From Gonapodya sp. JEL0774 (taxonomy: Eukaryota), in contig JADIIX010000007.1 in assembly GCA_027604505.1 (NCBI GenBank), positions 186,001-250,000 on the forward strand: a DNA stretch of 64,000 nucleotides, given 5' to 3'. The notes under the pieces are model-generated. The model was given only the letters and a program-made list of their open reading frames with translations. It was not told where the DNA came from and searched no databases. Both the position numbers and the translations under genes were made by a program. Shown piece by piece: positions 41,049 through 52,607 of this stretch (the stretch's first letter is position 1; each line of letters begins with the position of its first letter).

Positions 41049-44000
41049 ATGACAACAAACATGGATGTAGACGGTCCGAGCGGAATGGCAAAGGGACAAG
41101 GAGAGATAGACGAAGGTCTATATTCGAGGCAGCTGTGAGTACGCGTGTGCATGCTGTCTTGCGGCGGTACCCTGTGGACTTCCACCAGATTCATCCGGTT
41201 TCATCATCCTACTTGCCAACAGCTATGTCCTGGGACACGAAGCTATGAAGAAGATGGCGTATTCTAATGTCTTGATTGTTGGCATGAAAGGACTGGGAAT
41301 TGAAATCGGTGAGGGCCAGCAGCAGTCCACAGGGTAATGTTTCTCAGCTGACCAAACGTTTCGAAACCCTTGCTTCCAAAATCACTGGTAGCCAAGAACG
41401 TGGTACTTGCTGGAGTGAAGTCTGTTACGCTTTATGATCCGGAGCCGGTCAAGATCGCCGACTTGTCTTCACAGGTAGAGGACTGATTTGCAGATTTGTT
41501 ATCCACCGTTCATTGTTCCGATCGGATGTTTTTTAGTTCTTCCTCCACAAAGAGGATATTGGAAAGCGGCGGGACCAGACGTCTGCTCCTCGGCTCCAGG
41601 AGCTTAATGGATATGTGCCTGTATTGGTACTCGATGGCAACCTATCACCTTCACGTCTGAACGCGTTCCAGGTCGCTGTCTTCACCGACACTCCTTGGAA
41701 GAGCCTTATTGAGTATGATGACTATGCACACAAACATGGGATCAAGTTTCTTGCCGCGCAGACCCGTGGTCTCTTTGGGTTCGCTTTCAACGACTTTGGT
41801 ATCGAATTTTCGGTCACGGACCAAACTGGAGAGGAACCGCTTTCGGGAATGGTGGCTGGTATAGATAATGAGGGTGTGGTTACGACTCAGGACGAGACCA
41901 GGCACGGACTGGAGGACGGAGACTTCGTTTCGTTTATTGAGGTTAAGGGTATGGATGGACTGAACGATGGCAAAGCCAGGAAAATCAAAGTGTTAGGTGA
42001 GTGATTATGTGCAATTTTTGGTCGTCTTAATCCCGATTTTCATTGTATCCTTCGGATTGCCACGGCTTTCCCAATCTGTGGGACTCTACTTAGGTCCCTA
42101 CACTTTCTCAATCGGAGATGTTAGTGCATTCGGCAATTACCAATCCGGGGGGATTTATACCCAAGTTAAGCAACCCAAGACGTGGACATTCGTAAGTTGA
42201 CGTATATGTCGGGCAGTGGAAGATACCATTGACGAAATGTTGTTTCTACGTTGGCGCAGAAACCCCTTCGCGAAGCTGCTGCCGATCCATCATTCGTGGT
42301 TTCTGATTTCGCCAAGTTTGATAATCCTGCAAGTGAACACGTGGGCTTCCAAGCTTTGGATGAATTCGCCGCTGCACATGGACATCTTCCACGCCCGATG
42401 AGTGAAGCGGATGCTACCGAAGTCTGGTCTATCGCCCAAAAGCTAAATGGAACGCTTAAGAGCCCCGCTGAACTGAGCGAAAAAGTCGTCAAGGAGCTAT
42501 CTTACCAAGCACAGGGAGACTTGAGCCCAGTGATCGCGGTGATGGGAGGTTTGGTGGCCCAAGAGGTTCTGAAGGCATGCTCCGGGAAATTCAACCCCAT
42601 TTACCAATTTCTGTACTTCGACTCAATTGAATCTTTGCCTGCCTCAGGGAGAAGCGAGATTTCGTGTGCGCCTCGGGGGAGCCGCTACGATGGTCAAATC
42701 GCAGTCTTCGGGGCTGAGTACCAAGCAAGGCTTTCTCAAGTCAGGGAGTTTTTGGTGGGCTCTGGAGCCATTGGCTGTGAGATGCTTAAGAATTGGGCAA
42801 TGATGGGAGTTGGATGTGGAGAGGGGGGACAAATTTATGTCACAGACATGGACACCATTGAGAAGTCGAATCTGAACAGGCAGTTCTTATTCCGACCGCG
42901 GGACGTTGGCAAGCTCAAGTCAGAGGCTGCGGTGACTGCAGTGACCGCTATGAACCCTGACCTCACGGGACATGTGAAAGCCTTCTCTGACCGCGTGGGC
43001 ACCGACACCGAAAATGTATTTGACGATGCGTTTTGGAATGGGCTTACGGGCGTGACCAACGCTCTTGACAACGTTGACGCCCGAAAGTACGTGGACAGGA
43101 GATGCGTGTTCTTCCGGAAACACCTTTTGGAGTCGGGCACACTTGGCACGAAAGGGAACACTCAAGTAAGAATAACTTCTATAAACCTCAAATGACGTAG
43201 TGTTTTATTGGGTGGCATTTTTCAGGTCGTTATTCCTGACCTCACAGAGTCGTATAGCTCTTCACAAGACCCTCCCGAGAAGTCGATCCCGATTTGCACC
43301 CTCAAAAACTTCCCCAACCAGATTGAGCACACCATTCAATGGGCACGAGATTTGTTCGACGGCCTCTTCCGCCAACCGGCCGAGAACGTGAACTCATACC
43401 TGACCAATGCGACGTTTGTGGAAAGCCTCCTAAAGCAGGGTGGCAACCCAAAAGAGACGCTGGAGCAAATCCACTCATTTTTGGTTGGGCAGAAAGCTCT
43501 CAGCTTCGCGGACTGTGTGTTGTGGGCACGGATGCGGTTTGAGGAGTACTTCAACAACACCATTCAGCAGCTGTTGTTCAACTTTCCCAAGGACGCTGTG
43601 ACCTCTTCAGGAACTCCGTTCTGGTCTGGTCCTAAGAGGGCACCTGATGCAATCCGATTTGATGTAGAGAACGTGAGCGAAAGTCCAGTGCTGGTGCTAA
43701 ATTCTCCTTCTTACTGTCGGCCAACAGCCACTACATCTCGACTTTATCATAGCGGCAGCGAACTTGCATGCATTCAATTATGGACTCAAAGGCGAAGCTG
43801 ACAGGAGCTATTTCAAGAAGGTCGTGAGTTCAATAACCGTCCCAGAGTTCAAACCCAAATCTGGTGTCAAAATTCAAGTCAACGAGAACGAGCAAGTCTC
43901 CAACGGTGCGGCTGGTAAGTGTCATGTTACTAACGTTCTTTGGTCTACGCCTTTACGCGTTCGTTGGTTCTCACAACTCTTCATACTAAACAGACGAGCA

Positions 44001-44905
44001 GGAACTCGACAACCTCATTAAGAGTCTTCCCCCTCCGACGTCACTCGCAGGCTATCGTCTGAATCCTGTAGATTTCGAGAAGGATGACGACACAAACTTC
44101 CACATTGACTTCATCACCGCCACCTCGAATCTCCGCGCCACCAACTACAGTATTGCAGTGGCGGACCGCCACCGCACCAAGTTCATCGCTGGCAAAATTA
44201 TTCCTGCGATAGCCACCACGACGGCACTTGTTACAGGTCTTGTTTGCCTTGAATTCTACAAAGTAATCGATGGAAAAAGCAAGTTGGAAGATTACAAGAA
44301 CGGGTTTGTGAACCTTGCACTGCCATTCTTTGGCTTTTCGGAGCCTATAGGTGCACCGAAGCTAAAGGTTTGTGGCAAGCTTGCATCAAGTCACATTTCT
44401 GTCAGCCTCAGCAACCTTCATGAATATTTGTTCATTGATCTAGTACAATGACAAGGAGTTCACGCTTTGGGACCGATTCGAGGTAGAACAGGAACCAACT
44501 TTGCAGGAATTCCTCGACCTATTCCAGGCGAAACACAACCTCGAAGTCACAATGCTCAGTTGCGGGGTCAGCATGCTATATTCATTTTTCATGCCCAAGA
44601 AGAAGCTTGAGGAGCGGAAGTCGATGAAGTGAGTCCAGTTCATCATCATATGGCTCCTTTCGTCATTACATATTCCACTGATGGATCACTTCAGGATATC
44701 AAAACTCGTCGAGACAATATCAAAGAAGCCTATTCCCCCGCACGTCAAGAGCTTGGTGCTGGAACTGTGCGCGAACGGTGCAGATGGAGAGGTACGTTAT
44801 GTGTTCTTTTTCATTTTGCGTGTCCCCCCACCTCGTTACACAACCGAACGCTCTGCTGGACATTTTCAGGATGTGGAAGTACCGTACGTTAGAGTCCTGT
44901 TGTAG
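41049..44905 (+). CDS. UBA1: Ubiquitin-activating enzyme E1
   Basis: [50 protein letters not shown]; catalytic [27 protein letters not shown] ending EVPYVRVLL*. Confidence 0.97.
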
Positions 44906-45015
44906 AAGTACAAGAAGTTAGTTGAATTTCATTTGGAAGATTGAAGTGACAAAATGGCTCAATTAGATTTGGACGGTTTGCAGCCGAGCTGAGCTGTCTC
45001 CCAGAGACAATCGAC

Positions 45016-47004
45016 ATGGCGACGGTGCGAGCTCTAACAATGAATGCTATTCAAGCGCGGTTGACTGGCTCATTCATCCAATTCGTGCCGATCTTTCCCA
45101 TTGCGTGCTTGTGACCTTCCGTCTCTGCCTGGGAATCACCAACAGTACTGGTTCATTTCCGCCCCAGCGGACCCAACGAAGACCGATACGGTCAACAAGC
45201 TTAAGGATAAAATAACTACTGTTGCGGAGCTCGCGCCATTTAACTTGCCGGAGTTTAAGGTATGCTTAGAGCACAACATTGCAGCAAGTCGCAAGAACCT
45301 GGTGCTCTCGGACGTGAAATCGGGAGGGGGGCTAAAATCTGCGATTCTGAGTGGAACATGACATCCGAGCTCGAGAATGTATTTTCTGGACAGTGTCCCA
45401 TTCGGCTTTGGCGTCTCAGGAGATTTCCCGAGAACACCCTCCACTAATCGGGCTCGTTTCTTCCACTCGGATTTCAACCAGATAAAAAATCTTGATACCC
45501 TTGTCGTACTGTCTGATGACCTTACCAAAATTGACTCTGTGTGCGAGGGGATCGTGATGAAGATTGCGGACTCACTGAAACAGCTGCTGCAGGGAGACCT
45601 TGAGCAGTGGAGGAGCAATCTTTCAGTCAATGACAGTGAGTGGGCTCTCTAAGTTCTTTTCATAATGTGGGCGGAGCTTGAACTCAATCACCATTTTTCA
45701 CCGCCCAGAATCGGTGGATCAGTACCTGATGAGTTTTCAGTGGAATTCGATGAAATACAGAACAGACAAGACGCTCAGGGAAATAACAGATGCGGTTTCC
45801 CAGGAGGTTTCAAACATTGACATACTCATGAAGCAGAAGATGTCAGCTTATCAACAAATCAAGACTCAACTTGGTGCACTTCAAAGGAAGACAACGTGTG
45901 TTACCATGGTGGAATCGAGCAATCATCTGATCTAAGGAATCATTTCTGTGCCGCTTGTTAAATAGCGGGAATCTTGCCGTCCGCGGGCTCGGTGATATTG
46001 TCAAAAAGGAACATTTTGTCCTGGACTCCGAGTATCTCTCGACAGTGGTTGTCGCGGTTCCCAAGTGAGGAACATTCTATTATCGAATCGCTCGATAAGA
46101 TTTCGCATCTTCATTCGACTTCAGAAACCTTTACAAGGAATGGATTTCATCCTATGAAACCCTGGCACAGATGATCGTGCCACGATCGTCACAGTAGGTC
46201 TACACCGTTCGTTCATCAATTTTATTGAACTATTCAACAATCTGTGCTGGTTGCATAGGCTTATCGCCGAGGACGACGAATTCGGCCTTTACACAGTGAC
46301 GTTGTTCCAAAGAGTGATCGAAGAGTTCACACAAAAAGCGCGTGAAAACAAGTGAGCCTTTGTATTTTTGTTGAGCGTTTGTCCTTATTGTCTCGTGGTT
46401 GGATCCTCACATTGTCGACAGATTCACCGTTCGGGATTTCAAGTGGAACGACACCCAGCTTCAACAAGAGAAGAAGGAGCTGGCCGAAGTGGCTGGAAAT
46501 GAGAAAGAGCTATGGGTGAGTCGTGGATCGTTTTAGCTCAGCCGTTTGCTGGGTTGGTTTTCAGCAGCTTAGTGTGTCCCTCCCGTAGTCAAACCTCCTC
46601 CGACTATCCAAAACCAACTTTGGTGAAGTGTTTGCTTCGTGGATTCATGTAAAAGCTCTGCGTGTGTACGTGGAGTCCATTCTGCGGTACGGCTTGCCAC
46701 CCGATTTCCAGCCTATGGTAGTGAAGGTGAGGACTCTTGAATCGGGACACGTCGGGGTTTATCCGCCAGCCTCTCACCATTTTCAATTCATTACAAGCCC
46801 AAGCCCAAAACCGAACGTAAAGCGCGGGAATTATTGGGCAGTCACTACGCAACACTTGGAGGCGTTCCCTCGGACAAAAAGAGTAAGGCGAACAAGAAAG
46901 AAGAGGATGCACTGGATGAAAATGTGCAAACTTTACTCGGGGATAAGGAGTTCTTCCCATATGTGTCGTTCAGCGTGGATTGGAGCGTGGAAAGCAACAA
47001 GTAG
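45016..47004 (+). CDS. VMA5: V-type H+-ATPase subunit C
   Basis: [87 protein letters not shown]. Confidence 0.93.
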
Positions 47005-47245
47005 AACCAAGCGTATTTTCTAGTCATATTGAGAGGTTCAATGGTGGCTTAAACGGATTGAAATCATTACTATGCGTGTTCAATTTACAGTTGGTGGTTT
47101 TCGTTCTTCGAGGGTTGAACGGGCGGACGTCAGGCATTATTGACTGGAGGGCTCAAGGCAGTCCGGGTATGCGTTGGTAACATGGCCAGTACACTACCAG
47201 GACGCCAATTCAGGCGAATCCCACTTGCTTTTCTAAGTCGCAACA

Positions 47246-48643
47246 ATGATGCCCCCGCTCCCCACAAGATCGAGCACATCAGACATCTCTACGAGGCCGG
47301 GAGTGGTCGCGTATGCGGCGGTATCCTCTTCGATGGGGCGACGGCCAACCCAGCAAGATGAGAGCCTCGTGATGGAATCCCTCTTTGATTCGGACGACTA
47401 CAAGCTGTACGCTGTATTTGATGGTCATGGTGAGCTCCGTGTTCCTGGTACTGGTACCGTTTTGTTGGGTCTGAAGCGGTCTGCTTGATCCGCTACTGTC
47501 TCCACGCGCCTGATCACCTCTCACCATCATCAACGATTCGCAATCGAACAAAACTCTAATCCACATATCCTGTGGGGTACCTCTCTGTACCCTGAAACGT
47601 GCGGTTCCGTTGAGCCAGGCAACGACGGCGCAAAGTGCGCCGAATACGCGAAGCTGCACATTCCCGAGCACCTCAGACGCGACCGGAATCAGTTTCGCAA
47701 TGATCCCACCGAAGTTCTCAAATCGGCCTTCGAGGCGACGGGGCGATCTTTATTGGATGATTCCTCCATCGACACGTACATGTCCGGCACCACCGCGGTT
47801 GTCGCTGTCCTCTCTATTGCCGAGCGAACAGTTTACGTAGCGAGCGTAGGGGACAGTAGAGCCGTTATTGGGCGGGAGCCGGAAGGTGGTGGTGGAGGCG
47901 GGTGGAAGGTTGAGCAGATCACGAGGTGGGGCCCACCGTGCCGCGGATGTAACCCTTTCGCTGTTGCTGTTCATCGATGTTTGTTGTTGCGTTGCTCCAA
48001 CGACGATTTCTTTGTACTATCATCGCCTAAAGGGACCACACGTGTGAAGTATCTACCGAACGAGAGCGGATAATCTCCAAGGGTGGCCGAGTGGAAGCCC
48101 TGGTGTACGACGACGGCTCGCCGCCGGGACCTCTCCGCATTTTCAAGGGGTCGCTCCCTTACCCAGGCCTCGTTGTTACTCGATCACTCGGTGAGTCGGG
48201 ACTCGACACCGCAGAGACCTGCGCTTCTTGAAACGTTCTGCGCTGCCTGTTCCCGCCTGCTCCCGGCTTCCCCCTCTCCCATCAAACTCTACGGCCTGTC
48301 CCCCACCCCGCCTCTTGTCCCCCATCCCCCTTGCCGGTCTTACCCCCACGCTATACCAGGCGACGAAATCGCCCACAAACTCGGCGTCCTCTCGACCCCC
48401 TCTGTCCACACGGTGATCCTCGACCCGACGACGCGCTTCCTCGTCCTGGGCTCCGACGGCCTATTCGACGGCGTGTCCCTCTCGGAAATTGTCAACACCG
48501 TGTACCGCGCCCACGCCAAGCACGGCGCGACGGGGAAATGCGCAAAGGTGGCGAGCGAGGCGCTCACCAAGGCGAGTCTGGCAGGCATGGATAGGGAGCA
48601 GTTGGACGATAATACTACGAATGTGGTGGTATTGTTTGAGTAG
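47246..48643 (+). CDS. PP2C/PPM-family Ser/Thr phosphatase
   Basis: MGRRPTQQD; YAVFDGHG; SGTTAVVAV; VASVGDSRAV; PGLVVTRSLG|D; FLVLGSDGLFD; DDNTTNVVVLF. Confidence 0.9.
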
Positions 48644-49248
48644 AGGGTGGGGCAAGGGGGTTGGGAGCATTTTAGGTTCGGCCGGGGTGGCGGTCCGATT
48701 GCGGGGAAACGGGGTGTGAGGGGAGGACGGAGTGTTTGTGATAATCGCCACGTGAGAACGCCAGAAGCCTTCCCGCCGTCCGGTCACTGGTGATCGGGGC
48801 GGGGTTACCATCTTTTCAATTTTTTTTTTTTGTACTCCTTCTTTTTCATGTGCGTCAGTCGAGTTCCTGGTGCCGGTCGGACAGAGTGAAGGTAGCTCAA
48901 AGTGACGATGCATCTTGTTTCCACAGCGCCAAACAAATGGGTGTCTAGAATCCTGTAAATACAACCTCGAATATGATAATCACCATGTTTATGGACTGGG
49001 GGTCGCTATATGGGTCGCAGACTTCCCCGTGTGGGTGCCGAGGTCCACATACCCAGGACCTACACCACCAGGGCAAACGGCCCCCCCCACACACACACAC
49101 AACCACCATCTCGCACCCATCACACTCCTCTTCTCCCTCCTCCACACTTTCTCCTCCCCTCCTTTCCCTTGTCACGTCCCGTCTCCCGTACCTCCTCACA
49201 CCCCACATCCCACACCCTTCGCTTCCACCCCCTTCCCCCTCCCCCCGT

Positions 49249-51508
49249 TCACTCCCCCTCCCCCTCTATCGCCTCCATCGCCTCCACCACCGCCTCTGCG
49301 CTCGCCGTTCTCGGATCGAGCACGTCACGGGGGTACCTGTTGTGCGCGAACCGGGGGTTCCCCCACCCGTTGGCGTTGGCCAGCGCGTGGGATGACGAGG
49401 TGACCAGGCGGAGGTGCGGGTGGGGCGGGGGGAGACCTTGGGGGGCAGGGGGGGCGGGCCAGGGAGGATGGGGTGAACGGTGGGCGGGTTATCGGACAGT
49501 GGTTCAATGTCGTCTCGCGTGGCATCAGCTGTGTCGCAGGGAACCCCCCCCTCCTTCCACCGCCAAATCACATCAAACCCCCCCAGTTACCCACCCCCCA
49601 CCACCTCCCTCCACTCGAACAATAGCGCGTCCGTGGTTCTACAGAACGGGTTGAAGTCCACGATCCAGGGGCGGCGGCGACGGTCGAGGTAAAGGTCGAG
49701 GACGTCTGGGGGTTGGGCGGGGGAAGTGGTCGGTAGGGTTAGGTACGCAGAGGAGAGACGCGGGTGCGGGGTTCAGGGTGCGGGTGGATGCGAATGGCGA
49801 CGGAGGGTGCTGCGAGCCTGGCGAGGTGGTGTCCCGTGGACGGTGCGGGGGGTCGGCCCACGCACACACCACGCTCAGTGCACAATGCGCTCTACACACA
49901 CACACACACACACACTGTGTCTCGTCACACACGGGTTTGTCACACTCTTGCTTGCGTTCTTCCCTTGACCTTTCCATCTCGTTCCCTCGTGACCTCCCTC
50001 TTTCCCGCACCAACTCTGTTGCCCCGTTGTTCCGGGTCCCTCTCCCCACTCTCTCCACCTCGCAACCCCTCTTCGATACTTACACTCCCCCCCGTCCCAC
50101 CTCCCCCTGACCTCCCGTTCCCAAAACCCCTTCACCGTGTCCACGATCTCATCCCTCATGCCCTCCAAAAACGGGTAGTACGTGGTATAGTCCCTCTGGG
50201 ATATCCCCACGAGGGTACCTTGGTAGACGAAGCACCGGAATTCCATGGAGGGGAGGAGGGGAAAGTGTTTGCGGAGGGTGAGATAGTGGCGGGGCTTGCG
50301 GGGGGTCGCGGGGTGGGGCGGGTCGGCTCGGGGTCGGGGTCGGGGTCGGGGTCCGTCGCCGTGGCGGGTCTCGAGATGGTCGGGGCCGGGCGAGTGGGAG
50401 TGGGCCGGGTCGGGGGACTCTTGGAGCGGTGGATCACCGTCGGATCTGTCGGATCCGTCAGGACCTGCACCAGTGGGATTGGCACCCGTGACCACGTCCA
50501 CATTGCGTGCGCCCCCCCCCACAGCCTCGTCCACCTTGTCGTTCGCGTTCGCGTCCTGACCCTCTTCGCCCCCGCCCTCTCCCGCCAATCCATCGCCCCC
50601 ATCTCCCCCGTCCCCTCCCTCCGCTCCCTCCCTCTCCCCCTCCCCCTCCCCATCCACACACTCATCATACGCATGGAACAAATCATGTCCCACAAAATCC
50701 GACGCCTTGAGGAGCAATATCACGTCGTCGGGGTGCTGGCACCTGAGCGTGTTGGTTGGCGCGATCCAGGCCGCGTCTTGCGGGGCGGACCAGTCCAGTT
50801 TGGGGAACACGGCGCCACCGTGATGGTCGATGGCAGCGCGGATGAGCGAGGTGATGTGCGGGAGGGAGGGGTAGGTGGGGTGCGGGGGGGACTAGGCCAG
50901 GTACGTGTGTGGGGGAAGAGGTGGGAGGGTGGGGAGGCGGTGGGAACAGGCGGGGTAGGTATTGGGAATGTGTAGGTGTGTTGGTTGCAGGAACAAGCCC
51001 GGGAGGTCGTCAGGACCGCAAGTGACGAGATAAAAAAGCGAATGCGAAGAAGAGAGGTGAAGACACCCGTGGCACGCACATCGTCGAGGTCCTCACCCCC
51101 GTTTTCCTCCACCGCCGTATCGTCGTCCTGGTCCGATTCATCATCACTACAAACAAACACGCAAAAAAAAAAGAACCGATGAGTGGGGACGCTGGCGTTC
51201 GCTGTCCCGCCCCCACCTCCCGCGCAACCCCAACCCCGCGCCCACCTGAACCCCGATGCCCCTGGCACCGGCGACGGCAAGAAGATCCCATCAGCCTTCA
51301 AGAACTCGACGAAATCTTCTGGCAGTGGTATGATTGTGGACTTGAACGAGCAGTGGGCGAATTTGGGGAACCAGCTGGAAAATGCGCAGGCGTCGACGTG
51401 GGCGCGGGTCAGCGGGGGGAAATGGAGCGGGGGAAGCGTGGGCAGGTCGGAGGGGGGGGAAGGGTGGGGGGGATGGGCGGGGGAGGGGGATGTGATGGAC
51501 CGGGTCAT
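49249..51508 (-). CDS. CDC123: eIF2 assembly factor Cdc123 (D123 ATP-grasp family)
   Basis: CAFSSWFPKF..IIPLPEDFVEFLKADGIFLP; FPKLDWSAPQDAAWI..LLLKASDFVGHDL; LTLRKH..SMEFRCFV..GISQRD; WIVDFNPF..TDALLFEW; LRLV..HNRYPRDV. Confidence 0.9.
49893..49915. repeat. (CA)n microsatellite in a Cdc123 intron
   Basis: About 11 CA units. Confidence 0.85.
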
Positions 51509-52607
51509 GGGGAAAGTTTGTCGTTGCGGTGTCGGTTGTGCCAACTCGCCGGGGCTCAACCGGCATGACCGAGCCACAGCACTGGATACCCCCACATTTG
51601 AGAAAGATGATATTGTCTAACTCCATACATACAGTACGAACGAGACCGCGCTCGATCGTGATACATGAAATTATTTGTCACCCCTCACCCCGACGGTTGT
51701 CCTGTCCCGTGTCGTCTCCACACCCTTGTTCCCTCCCCCGCCCGCCCACCTTCTGTGTCACACATTCCAAACTCATGACCTTGAGGTTTGAGCATTGGTT
51801 GGTGTGTGGTCAGTCGGGGTGTTTTCCTTGGTGGCTTTGTTGGTGGTTCGTTTCGCAGACGGAGTGCGGTCTGTTACATAGTTGTTGTGAGCCGTGCCTG
51901 GCTCACTCGACGCTCGCCATCACGGTCCAGAATCGTGAAGCGAGACAGATCTGACCGATATCTGTGCGCTCCACGGCCCACGGTCCCACTCATTCCACTG
52001 TCTACTCCCCACTCCCAAGACCGCCCCGCACCCCCCGGCGGCCGACCAACTTTCACGGGCCAGGCAGGGTGGGCCCCGCGACGTCGACAGGCAGTGACAG
52101 TGAGACGACCTCAGCCCTCATTTGGTCATTGTCTGTGAGACTTTTGTCATTTGTGTGCAAGTGCCAAATTCTAAGTGCTACCGGATGTTGGAAAAACTGT
52201 TCGAAGTCGAAACCAGAATAGAATTAGTAGGAAAAAACCACGATGAGTACTAAATATAAACTCAGAGGTGTGTAACCCGTTTTCATCTGCGGACTGACTG
52301 AATTCATATAAGGAACTGTGGGTCTGTCATTTTCAACAGAGAGCGTCGGTACGTACACTAACCCAGCCCGTTCTCATATTCCGGACTGCGGTATCATATG
52401 ATGCATAAATTTCTGGGTGGGTGGGAGGAACGGCGAACGCAAAACATAAGTATATGACAAAAGCAAGGATGGAAAGGTGCCGTTATTACAAGGGCAAAGG
52501 TTTCATTGAGTGGGTGCCCAGGTGGGTTGCCGACCACAGCAACAGCAACAGGGTGGAGTCAGTTCTTTCTGCCCGAGTGTCTTCTCACCAAAGACTGCAA
52601 GCAGACC

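Noticed and set aside
49764..50975. 403-aa plus-strand ORF and other long ORFs in 48-55 kb
   Set aside because: These are antisense or off-frame shadows caused by stop-poor GC-rich low-complexity sequence over Cdc123 and eIF2beta.
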